This document shows, piece after piece, positions 55,293 to 64,000 of a stretch of 64,000 nt of DNA (the first letter of the stretch is position 1; each line of letters begins with the position of its first letter). Source of the stretch: an uncultured bacterium (GTDB lineage: Bacteria > Hydrothermota > E44-bin80). The DNA is taken from contig CAYMQB010000010.1 in the NCBI GenBank assembly GCA_964392665.1, positions 895 through 64,894 on the forward strand, given 5' to 3'. The notes under the pieces were generated by a model. The model did not search any database and was not told where the DNA came from. It saw only the letters and a program-made list of their open reading frames with translations. Made by a program: the position numbers and the translations under genes.

Positions 55293-58231
55293 TATCTTAT
55301 CAGAGCAAATTTTCCTGTTTTGGTTTCTTCGCTGTTTGGCATTGAGATATGATAGATGAATATGCCGCTTGCTGGTCTCTGATTATTATCTGTAAGCATA
55401 TCCCATTTTTCGCTTCCGCCCTGAATTGCACTGGAAGCAGTTGCTTCGACTTTGTGCTCTATCGTCTTGATAAGATTTCCCGCAAGGGTGTAAACTCTGA
55501 TTGTGCATTCGCTTGGTAGATTTGTGAATCTCAAAACTGCATATTCACTGCTTACTTCCCAGGGATTTCTTACAACATAAGGGTTAGGGACAACCTTTAT
55601 GTTGTCAAGATTTGCATCTCCAATTGAGAATGCCGTGGTACCAATGGTGAAAATATTACCTTCGGAAGGAACAACCTCGCCTGAGTTATATAATGTCCAG
55701 ATGTCATTGTCGCCGGGATGCTTGGACCAGTTCATTGGATATGCTTCATTCCCAATTCTGTTGAAATAGTATTTTACACCACACACATAGAAGTATGTTC
55801 TTGACGAAAGATTGTTAACACTTATGTATTGAGAATTCACCTCAGGATTGGCTAAACTTCTTGGACCGAAACTCCAATTATCTCCCCAGGTAGCTCCGAA
55901 TGGTACCATCACAGTGTTCGTAACATCCCATACAGTTGCCGTTACACTGTCGCTATTGATCTGTTTCCATCTGATTTCATAGGTTATTCCGCCTCTGAAA
56001 GCCCATAGATTCTCTATACCTGAAATTGTAAGGTTATCAGTATAAGAAGAGTCAGCTATGATCGAATCGGCGGTCATCACCATTGTTAGTGCTGCAGTAG
56101 AGTCTTCGGTAACGGTTGTAACCGTGTCACTAACAACTACAACAGTGTTGGTGATTGTCCATGTTGAATCTGCGAAGTGAATACTTATATCACCCGAATA
56201 TTCGACACCATCGAATAGAGGAGAAATGAAACTACCTGCGACGCTTAGAGCATATACGGAATCGTATTTTGTGGTCGTTGTAACCGTATCTCCACTCGTT
56301 TCGACCGTAACGGACTCTGTTGCTGCTGTGAAAGCAGGACTTAGTTCGACAAAGGCATCGATATCTGAGAGTAACAAAGAATCCGTTTGATAGTATATGT
56401 TATAGTTGTAAACGGGCAGGTAATCGGTTCCTTCTTTGACGGTCTGGAATTTTACATTATATGTATCACCGGTCACGAGCATTCCGCCTTTTGGTGTGGC
56501 GGTTGACGTGACTGCATTTGTGACACCTGCGGTCTGCGTTACGTTTGAATTGGCATTACCTATTTCGTTTCCGAAATCGCTTCTTGGAACGACGACGACT
56601 TCGTTTTTACCACTTTCGAGTGATGTGAAGGTCGTGTCTCCAAGTTCACCTGATGTGTTGTAATCGTATGCGGAAACACCGTAGTAATAGTCAAAACCGT
56701 TGTAAATTCCCACGGAATCAACGTAGGTATATTGCATACCTTCGTCTATTCCGTTTTCAGTTCCATCGGGAAGCAGTTTGATACCATCTTTCTTGTCGAA
56801 CTCCGCAATTTCGGTCCAATCACCTATTTTCCCTAACTTTCTCCACACTCTGTAACCCTGAACATCATACTCCCTGTAGATTGTGTCTCCTGCTGCCTGC
56901 ATTGCAGGATAGTATTTATCAGGTGTCTTTTCGGCGGTGTTATCCCAGCAAACCGTTACCTGTTCGTTTCCAGGAATGATTGCCGTGATCGAAGGTGGAG
57001 GAGAAGGAGGTCCGGGTGATGCCCAGTCAAGGTCGTAGAGTTGTTTTGCAGCGTCGCCTTCCTGTTTCAGATAAAGAAGTCCCCCTGTGTTTCCGTTTGA
57101 GAACATCATTGCCATAATAATTGTATCTGCTTCACCTGGTGCAAGTGTAAATGGACCGGCAGACATTGCCATTCTCTTATCGCTCGGGTCAACATCAACG
57201 CTGTCTCCAAATGGATTGTAAGATGGTGGTGTGACAGTAAAATCATAACCAGCCATAACAAGAAATCTTTCCCTGTCTATGGTTGCATCTATATCTCTTG
57301 TGAATTTCTTGAAAGCGGTTAAAGGAATTCTTTCACCGGGATAAATTAAAGTATCGGGATTTGCAGGATCCTGACCGACCTTGATCGTATCATCCGCTAT
57401 AGGTCCTTGAAGAAATCTGAAACCTATGTAGTATGGTGGTAAAGCATCCCAACCTGCTTCCTGGGTTGTCGTAAAAGTATAACCAAGACTTCTTTTTCTG
57501 TCCAGTCCGACAAGGTCATCATCTGCATTTCCAATATCAAGGTCACTTCCAAGTCCAACGTACATTTGCTTTACAGTATCCGTGCCTGTATTTTCAATAA
57601 AGTATTCGATAAACAGCATATTTTCAAGCAGCTTCTGAGTCCATGCAAATGTATGTCTTGTGACAGTAATGGGAAGTGTTACATCGTCCGGCATACACTG
57701 TTTGCTTGCTTCATGACCATTGAATAAACACCAGGTGTCTTCGTCACCCAGAAGAATTTTTTCGGTACCTGTAGAATCAAGATATGGCCATTCGTTCCAA
57801 TCAGTAGGGTTTGTACTTACATAGAGTCTGTCTTCAGGATGACTTTGGGGGTCATTGAGATGGTCTTGATTATGTGCCTCGGGTCCAGGCATAAACTCAT
57901 CTCCTGCGCCAACAGTGTTATACCCGTTAATACAAACACTATCCCCTGCACTTGTCAATCCTGCGATCCAGATACCGGCACCGTATATGTATGCATTGGC
58001 ACTACCCTTTGGCCACCAGCATCCCGAAGTCCCTGCGAGATTCTGTCCATACTGACCATAGTTTGTAATGAATGTTTCCACCTGGTTAATCTCGATTTTC
58101 TCGTTTTCATACGCTCTTGTCCCTGAAGATGTCTTTTTGTAAGAAAAAGCACCCGTAGTCAGTAGAAGAAGAAGGGAGCAAGAGAGCATCATCACCAAGA
58201 GAAACTTTCCTGCTTTTGGGCTTATCATCAT
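55292..58231 (-). CDS. Large secreted protein with T9SS C-terminal sorting domain; position immediately upstream of porV makes it a PorU-like (T9SS sortase) candidate
   Basis: 979 aa; signal peptide 'FLLVMMLSCSLLLLLTTGAFS'; CTD 'LRFTNLPSECTIRVYTLAGNLIKTI...GIFIYHISMPN...GKFALIR'. No catalytic motifs could be confirmed by eye. Confidence 0.45.
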   Translation of the reverse strand: MMISPKAGKFLLVMMLSCSLLLLLTTGAFSYKKTSSGTRAYENEKIEINQVETFITNYGQYGQNLAGTSGCWWPKGSANAYIYGAGIWIAGLTSAGDSVCINGYNTVGAGDEFMPGPEAHNQDHLNDPQSHPEDRLYVSTNPTDWNEWPYLDSTGTEKILLGDEDTWCLFNGHEASKQCMPDDVTLPITVTRHTFAWTQKLLENMLFIEYFIENTGTDTVKQMYVGLGSDLDIGNADDDLVGLDRKRSLGYTFTTTQEAGWDALPPYYIGFRFLQGPIADDTIKVGQDPANPDTLIYPGERIPLTAFKKFTRDIDATIDRERFLVMAGYDFTVTPPSYNPFGDSVDVDPSDKRMAMSAGPFTLAPGEADTIIMAMMFSNGNTGGLLYLKQEGDAAKQLYDLDWASPGPPSPPPSITAIIPGNEQVTVCWDNTAEKTPDKYYPAMQAAGDTIYREYDVQGYRVWRKLGKIGDWTEIAEFDKKDGIKLLPDGTENGIDEGMQYTYVDSVGIYNGFDYYYGVSAYDYNTSGELGDTTFTSLESGKNEVVVVPRSDFGNEIGNANSNVTQTAGVTNAVTSTATPKGGMLVTGDTYNVKFQTVKEGTDYLPVYNYNIYYQTDSLLLSDIDAFVELSPAFTAATESVTVETSGDTVTTTTKYDSVYALSVAGSFISPLFDGVEYSGDISIHFADSTWTITNTVVVVSDTVTTVTEDSTAALTMVMTADSIIADSSYTDNLTISGIENLWAFRGGITYEIRWKQINSDSVTATVWDVTNTVMVPFGATWGDNWSFGPRSLANPEVNSQYISVNNLSSRTYFYVCGVKYYFNRIGNEAYPMNWSKHPGDNDIWTLYNSGEVVPSEGNIFTIGTTAFSIGDANLDNIKVVPNPYVVRNPWEVSSEYAVLRFTNLPSECTIRVYTLAGNLIKTIEHKVEATASSAIQGGSEKWDMLTDNNQRPASGIFIYHISMPNSEETKTGKFALIR

Positions 58232-58260
58232 AGCCTCCGTTTTTGGTTTTGTGTTTTAGG

Positions 58261-61200
58261 TTAAAAGCTTACGCTGATTCCGATATGGATTTTTCTCGGG
58301 TCTCCATAGAGATACGGGTCGTTTAGCAGATCCTGATAAGCGACTTTGTAAGAATCGTACCATTCCTGTTGTGAGATTTCTCCATTGCCATCGAAATCCC
58401 TTCTATCATCGTACTTACTGTGGTTTGATGGTATCGTATTGGTAACATCTGATGGCCAGGTCGAGGAGATGTATCCGTCGAAAGTTGATAGTTTATCATT
58501 ATCGTCTGTTTTCCCGGTTTCGGGATAAACATTGACAACATTTTCCGTATTAAGCAGATTTGTTATCTCGGCAAACAGAGAATAATAGAAGTTCAAAACT
58601 TTCAGTTCCTTTGAGACCTTCAGGTCTGTTATCCAGTTCCAGGGCATACGTTCTCCATTGACTTCTCCGATTATCAACTGGGATGTGTTCCTCTTTGTAT
58701 AGGGAAGTCCACTGGAAAGACTTGACAACAAATTAATGTTTATGTTCTCCAATGGATAGATGGTGCCCATCGTAGGACCACTCTCAGCTGGAATCCTGAA
58801 ATTCGCTTGTGCCGATACAATATGCCTCTGGTCAAATTCAAGAGCATAATCAGTCTTTGGAATCGGAACAGCTTCTCCCGTGACAGGGTCAACAGGTACA
58901 TTTGCAATGTAGTCATAGTATGCCTGTGTTCCGTAAGAGCTGGTTCCTTTTGCCTGAGATAATGTATAAACAAGTTTACCTGAAAGGAATCTTGTCGCTC
59001 TTTTTGTAAGGGTGAACTCTGCACCTTTGACATTGCCGTAATCTTCTGTAACGAACTGGGTGTATGTGTTAGGCAATGCGGGAACGAATCTAACTCCGAT
59101 CAAGTCATAAAGATCTTTATAGTAAACCGTTACGAACAGCGCAGCATCAGTTCCCAGTTGTTGTGCAAGACCAATTTCATATGAAGTTGTTTGTTGCGCA
59201 CTTATGTCAGGGTTTCCTAGTCTTGTCCATCCACCTCTTGCTTTAGCAAGGTCAGTGTTGATGTTATCATAAAGGCGGATTAACCTGGGAATCTGGAAGA
59301 ACTGTCCATAAGATACATGCAATACGGTATTTTCAGTTACCGGGAATGAAACACCGAGCCTTGGGCTGAACTTGTATTTAGGATTGGCATCTTCCTTACC
59401 AACACTAATTCTGGTCGGGTCGATGTATTTCTGAGCGTTTGCATCCAGGTAGTCGCCTCTGATACCAATATTAAGGATGAATCCTGGATATTCCATTTTG
59501 TCCTGGATATACAGGGCTCCCTGAAGTGGTTCATATGTATAGTCGTCAAAATACAAACATTCAGTAAGGTCGTGACTGCTTTGTGCACTAGGGCTTGTAG
59601 CAATATATCCACCGTAATGACGCTCTGCTGTGTGCTTGATACCCTCCAACCCAACCTTCAGCTGGTGATGGTCTGTAATCTGACTTGTTATATCGAGTTT
59701 ACCATCTATATAGGAGGATAGTCTTTCGGTCCAGTTTCCACTTCCACTGTATCCAAAGGCAAAATTATTACCTGACTGACCATTTACACCCCAAGGGTAA
59801 TAGTAGTTTCCATCTGCATCTTTTGCATAGTAATCGAGACTGTCGATGTCTGCTCCGCGCTGCCCTGAACTCGTCACTTCGTCGATATCATAATACCACC
59901 AGTCTAAGAAATCGTAATCTTCCCATAGTTTCCTATCTGCTTCAACGACAATGTCCCTTGTTCCCTCCCATGTATGGGTGGTGAAGTAGGCGAGGTTTAA
60001 GGTATAAAAGGTTGATTGCGAAAGCACGTGGTTGAGTGTGAAGTGCCCTTGCTGAGCTTTTTTCAGGACTGCTGATCTCTGAAATGGTGGTTTGTACTTA
60101 TCGTCCTGTTCGCTCCACTGTGATTCGCCAGGTAGTCCAAATGTGCCACAGTATTCGCCGTACTGGGTTCGCGTTGTGAATCCACTTCCAGTGACACGAA
60201 TTTTAGGACTTATCTGGTATGATACTTTGGCATTCAGGGAATAGTAATCTCTGTCTGTATTGGACATCGGGAAGAATGTGTTTCCCTGGTCTCTTGTAAT
60301 CTGAGAAGCGAATGCATTTTGATGGTCTCTTGCCGTAACTTCTGATGAGATGAAGTAAGACAAACCTTTTATTCCTGGAATGGATCCACCAAAGTTCAAT
60401 TCACCCCTGTGAAAACCTTCGTAAAGACTTCCGCCACTTGGTCCAACCTCGTTTCCGTTGATAACATATTTTTCGCTATCATTCTTAAAAGGAAAATCTG
60501 TTGTATATCTTAAGAAACCTTCTGTTTTCTTTCCTTCTTTTGTTACGAGATTTACTATTCCACTCATTGCCTGTCCATATTCGGCATTGAAGCCACCTGT
60601 CTGGACAACCACTTCTTTTATGGCGTTCATATTGACCTGAGCGCCAGCCTGTCCAGTAATAGCATCATTGATGGACATACCATCAACCATATAGACAATT
60701 TCGTCTGCTCTTCCACCTCGTATGTGTAAACCTTCAGTTGCACCACTGGCACCACCGGCGGAATTTAGAACACCAGCTTGTTCGCTGATAACATCGTTGT
60801 AATTGTGTGTAATTCTATTTTCCATCTCCTCCGTGGTAACGAAATGTGTGGTTGATGTTACATCTTTTTTAACCATAGTTTTCTTAGCGACAACGATTAC
60901 TCCTTCAACCTTGATAACTGTTTGTGAAAGTTCGAAATCGATCGTTGTGGTAAAATCCTGGACCACTCTCACGTCGGTTTTTGTTACAGGTTTATAACCA
61001 ATCATTGTTGCCGTAAGAGAATATGTTCCTACTGGAACATTAATAACGAAGTATTTACCGCTCGTATTTGCTGCTCCTCCCATCGAGGTGCCTATGATGA
61101 CGACATTTACACCGGGAAGGACTTCGCCTGTATTTGCATCGATTATCCGTCCCATAATCTTTCCTGTAACTCCAGCAAAGACGCTTGAGATGGAGAAGAG

Positions 61201-61290
61201 CAAAAGGAGAGTAATCAAGAACGGTATCTTTATGAATCTTTTTGCTTCGTTCTTCATGGAATACTCCTTTCGTTGAATTGCATTAAGCAT
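58261..61290 (-). CDS. TonB-dependent-receptor-like outer-membrane protein (CarboxypepD_reg + plug + beta-barrel; SusC/RagA-like)
   Basis: 1009 aa; 'GKIMGRIIDANTGEVLPGVNVVI...TSGKYFVINVPVGTYSLTATMIGY' (carboxypeptidase-regulatory-like), plug 'YMVDGMSINDAITG', C-terminal 'IGISVSF' aromatic terminus. Confidence 0.55.
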   Translation of the reverse strand: MLNAIQRKEYSMKNEAKRFIKIPFLITLLLLFSISSVFAGVTGKIMGRIIDANTGEVLPGVNVVIIGTSMGGAANTSGKYFVINVPVGTYSLTATMIGYKPVTKTDVRVVQDFTTTIDFELSQTVIKVEGVIVVAKKTMVKKDVTSTTHFVTTEEMENRITHNYNDVISEQAGVLNSAGGASGATEGLHIRGGRADEIVYMVDGMSINDAITGQAGAQVNMNAIKEVVVQTGGFNAEYGQAMSGIVNLVTKEGKKTEGFLRYTTDFPFKNDSEKYVINGNEVGPSGGSLYEGFHRGELNFGGSIPGIKGLSYFISSEVTARDHQNAFASQITRDQGNTFFPMSNTDRDYYSLNAKVSYQISPKIRVTGSGFTTRTQYGEYCGTFGLPGESQWSEQDDKYKPPFQRSAVLKKAQQGHFTLNHVLSQSTFYTLNLAYFTTHTWEGTRDIVVEADRKLWEDYDFLDWWYYDIDEVTSSGQRGADIDSLDYYAKDADGNYYYPWGVNGQSGNNFAFGYSGSGNWTERLSSYIDGKLDITSQITDHHQLKVGLEGIKHTAERHYGGYIATSPSAQSSHDLTECLYFDDYTYEPLQGALYIQDKMEYPGFILNIGIRGDYLDANAQKYIDPTRISVGKEDANPKYKFSPRLGVSFPVTENTVLHVSYGQFFQIPRLIRLYDNINTDLAKARGGWTRLGNPDISAQQTTSYEIGLAQQLGTDAALFVTVYYKDLYDLIGVRFVPALPNTYTQFVTEDYGNVKGAEFTLTKRATRFLSGKLVYTLSQAKGTSSYGTQAYYDYIANVPVDPVTGEAVPIPKTDYALEFDQRHIVSAQANFRIPAESGPTMGTIYPLENININLLSSLSSGLPYTKRNTSQLIIGEVNGERMPWNWITDLKVSKELKVLNFYYSLFAEITNLLNTENVVNVYPETGKTDDNDKLSTFDGYISSTWPSDVTNTIPSNHSKYDDRRDFDGNGEISQQEWYDSYKVAYQDLLNDPYLYGDPRKIHIGISVSF

Positions 61291-64000
61291 TATCTCAGAA
61301 CCAGAAGTTTCTTTGTTGCTCTAAAATTGCCTGCACTGAGTTTGTAGAAGTAAACACCCTGCGCTACTCTCTTATTATTGTTGTCGCTGCTGTTCCAGAG
61401 CACACTTTTGTATCCTGGTTCTTCTACACCACTAACAAGTGTTTTTACAAGTCGTCCTGCTGAGTTATAGATTCTCAGGGACACGTTCGATTTTTTGGGA
61501 ATTGAATAAAGAATATTCGTTCTGTTCTTGAATGGGTTAGGTCTATTCTGAGAAAGGGCAAAAACCTTTGGCATATTTGGTGTTTCCTTATCTTCGGATG
61601 TAATCTTGATTGCCGCACCAAACCATGTCAAAACATTACCCATAACTGTTATTTGGTCCGATTTCGGTAGCGATACATACATAAATGGTAAGAAAACGAC
61701 CTTGTTGCTTGTATCTTCCCATCTGACTCCTCGAACCGTGGTTGCTCCAGCGTCTGTGAAAATAGCAATTGCACTGGGTTCAATACCAATTTCATCATTC
61801 CAGTTTGTTAGAGGAAATGTTTCTTCTGCCACAATACCGTCTGAAATCGGATCGCCTGTGATTCCATAGACTGAATCATAACAGACATCGTTGTAAATGT
61901 AATTTACCTTAAGTACATCGTAAGGAAAATCACCGGAAGCATAGGCGACGTTTGCCCAACCGTCCCATAATCCGAGGATTTCATCCGAATTAAAGAAGAT
62001 ATTTCCACCCTTTGACATATAATCGTAGAGCACATTTCCAGCACTTGTTTTTGTAAGAATTGTTCCATAACCATAATCGCCATTCCAGATTATTGCGTTG
62101 TAGTTAGGAAATACGGTTGAATCCGGTGTTCCGTATACTATGGGGTCATAGACATCGTATCCACCTGTAATACCAAGTGAATCGAGGACATCCTGGTAAT
62201 CGAGTAACGCATCTCCTGATTCGTTTACATAGAGGACGTTTGCTGTTGGAACCAGAAACCAGAATTCATAGGTAGGCGATGATGAAACTTGGTTGTCCGA
62301 GTCCAATGCCTCAACATGATAAACAATGTCGGTTTGGCTAGGATAAACGGGAATGTTTGCCGAATAGTCAACGCCACTTTTTGTGGATGTCATCGGAATC
62401 GTATCAGGAACTCCATTTGCAACAACAATAAGATCAACCGAAAGTAGTGAATCTGCAAAGTTTGTAACTGTTACGGTCACAGGATAAGGTCCTGATGTTG
62501 TGGTTGTGCAGTACTGCTTGAGTCCCAATATGGCTGCGGACGGTGTATTATCAAACCAGTCGAGAATTCTACCTATTAGTTCCTGCTGTTGCTGTATCTC
62601 AGGAGTGTATGGAACTGCATAATCTTCTATGTAAGCAAATGGGAAATACAGCCAAACTACCTTATATAAACCTGGCTGTTCGTATCTGAAAGCACTGCAG
62701 TATCCCCATTCATCGTATAGAATCCCGCGCCATTGTGTTGTATCTGCTGGTTCATCGAATTTTCCAGCGTAATTGTATCCGGGACCGACAAAGTAATAGG
62801 GAAAGCTTGTTATGGGCCAGTCTTCATTGAAGACTGCAGTAATCTGGTCATTCGTTCTCCCATAATAAACAGATATGGAGTCAGATGCATAGTCATCCGT
62901 TCCTCCGAGGATGCCGAAGTAATCATAAAGAAATTCACCGGACTCCGTTGTGTAGTCTCCCCAATCGTATCCGAATTCTCCTGCAGGTATATCCATACCT
63001 GAAACAAGCAGATTACCACCACCATCGAGAAAATCCTCTATCATTGACTGAGCATCGTAAAATGATGCCCCTGAATATTCCCAGGAATTCCAGATAATTA
63101 CATTGTATCCTGCGTTGAGAACGGAATTATCCGGGGCTCCGTCTGATGGAATATCCCACCAATCTGCAGTTGGAATAACATCCGTAATAACGTCATATGA
63201 GTAACCTCCACCGTAGTAATCGTCATTAACGAAGAGGATATCCCCTGTCTTTTCTTTTACAGTATAGGATACGGGAATCATTGCAGGAAGGTTTTCCAAG
63301 CCCTGCATATCGAAGCAATTAATATAGTAATCCATTGTTTGCCCAGCATTTATTCCGGGTAGTATCGCCTTCCATACACCACTTGCGGGGTCACCGGAGA
63401 TAAGGGTCATAGAAAGGGTGTCATATGCTCCTCCATCGATACTATAAAATAGGTTTCCTGCTACAACTCCTGTGGAGTCCAGCGGAATACCTAAATCGGA
63501 AAAAGTTGCTGTTACTTCTCTTCCCGTAGTTAAATAAGTATTTGCTAATTTCTCGTATGCATCTATTGACGGGGGTGGGTTTTCATACATCCTTACCAGT
63601 GCCCTGACATAAACATGGTGCCAGGATGAATACCATCCGAACGGACCTGTTCCACCGGAAGTACGCTGCATTATCGTATGATAAGGTGGCGAAACACTTG
63701 CGTCTATGATTGGACTGGAAACTCCGTCATCCATTATGTATGCAGCATAGAAAACATTTTTTGCAACATCCGGCATCGATGTAATATCCAGAGTATCCCA
63801 GCCATCCGGTGCGGTTGCCGAAACCTCAGGGTGCAGATATGTTTCTATAGGACTGGGACCTGCATTTGCCCCGCCATGATATTCCTCGTAGTCGGTTTCA
63901 AAATTAATGGTGTCCGCCGGGTCCGAAACATAGTATGTGACTGCACCGCCAGTGGCAAAGTAGTAGTATACCTGTAGTAGTGTACATGCAGATGGTGATT
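61290..64000 (-). CDS. Large secreted protein with T9SS C-terminal sorting domain (5'-partial; ORF stays open in frame to the window edge)
   Basis: At least 900 aa. Internal duplicated alpha/beta modules ('YNVIIWNSWEYSG...' / 'YNAIIWNGDYGYG...'); CTD 'RIYNSAGRLVKTLVSG...GVYFYKLSAGNFRATKKLLVLR'. The frame upstream of Met 63776 has no stop through 64000, so the listed Met is not the true start. Confidence 0.5.
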   Translation of the reverse strand, partial: SPSACTLLQVYYYFATGGAVTYYVSDPADTINFETDYEEYHGGANAGPSPIETYLHPEVSATAPDGWDTLDITSMPDVAKNVFYAAYIMDDGVSSPIIDASVSPPYHTIMQRTSGGTGPFGWYSSWHHVYVRALVRMYENPPPSIDAYEKLANTYLTTGREVTATFSDLGIPLDSTGVVAGNLFYSIDGGAYDTLSMTLISGDPASGVWKAILPGINAGQTMDYYINCFDMQGLENLPAMIPVSYTVKEKTGDILFVNDDYYGGGYSYDVITDVIPTADWWDIPSDGAPDNSVLNAGYNVIIWNSWEYSGASFYDAQSMIEDFLDGGGNLLVSGMDIPAGEFGYDWGDYTTESGEFLYDYFGILGGTDDYASDSISVYYGRTNDQITAVFNEDWPITSFPYYFVGPGYNYAGKFDEPADTTQWRGILYDEWGYCSAFRYEQPGLYKVVWLYFPFAYIEDYAVPYTPEIQQQQELIGRILDWFDNTPSAAILGLKQYCTTTTSGPYPVTVTVTNFADSLLSVDLIVVANGVPDTIPMTSTKSGVDYSANIPVYPSQTDIVYHVEALDSDNQVSSSPTYEFWFLVPTANVLYVNESGDALLDYQDVLDSLGITGGYDVYDPIVYGTPDSTVFPNYNAIIWNGDYGYGTILTKTSAGNVLYDYMSKGGNIFFNSDEILGLWDGWANVAYASGDFPYDVLKVNYIYNDVCYDSVYGITGDPISDGIVAEETFPLTNWNDEIGIEPSAIAIFTDAGATTVRGVRWEDTSNKVVFLPFMYVSLPKSDQITVMGNVLTWFGAAIKITSEDKETPNMPKVFALSQNRPNPFKNRTNILYSIPKKSNVSLRIYNSAGRLVKTLVSGVEEPGYKSVLWNSSDNNNKRVAQGVYFYKLSAGNFRATKKLLVLR

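Noticed and set aside
63678-63977. 99-aa plus-strand ORF at the right edge
   Set aside because: It lies antisense to the in-frame continuation of the large T9SS-CTD protein, which stays open to position 64000. It is Cys/Arg-rich with no motifs.

Overview
This is an AT-rich bacterial chromosomal window, probably from an FCB-superphylum or candidate-phylum organism, since T9SS-type C-terminal sorting domains, a PorV-like gene, GGGPS and a DRG GTPase co-occur. No rRNA, tRNA, CRISPR or transposase/integrase genes were seen. Three blocks are visible.

(1) Housekeeping and signalling genes, 1-12 kb: prmC-prfA-DUF1385, a GAF-GGDEF cyclase, a GNAT, an NCS2 purine permease, and two convergent CPA-type cation/proton antiporters. 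Each antiporter is paired with a small standalone regulatory protein (a single CBS domain, or a P-II-like protein).

(2) A ~20 kb Wzx/Wzy-dependent surface-polysaccharide island, 12.1-32.4 kb, noticeably more AT-rich than its flanks. It encodes Wza, a sulfotransferase, Wzz, Wzy, Wzx, about seven glycosyltransferases, an SDR epimerase, a WecB/WbpI-type 2-epimerase plus a decayed wecB remnant, a WbpB-WbpD fusion and a WbpE aminotransferase. It carries several candidate phase-variation tracts: a 5' heptanucleotide repeat in wbpB/D, G8 and G7 runs in two sugar genes, and an A9 run.

(3) Core genes and a cell-envelope cluster, 32.6-64 kb: an archaeal-type GGGPS/PcrB, alaS, ftsB, a DRG-family GTPase, ruvA, tilS-hpt-ftsH, folE, folP with an unusual N-terminal extension, cdaA, a DUF2723/TMEM260-like TPR membrane protein, and an ECF sigma / anti-sigma / HtrA module. 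It ends in a T9SS-related operon: two large CTD cargo proteins, a TonB-dependent-receptor-like barrel and PorV.

The most unusual non-coding feature is the ~600-bp intergenic region 48661-49264, which is packed with direct repeats. It holds a ~70-nt unit twice at ~95% identity, a 14-mer tandem, a recurring ACCAATAAC motif, GA-rich tracts and a perfect hairpin. This is a candidate ncRNA or iteron-like regulatory array.
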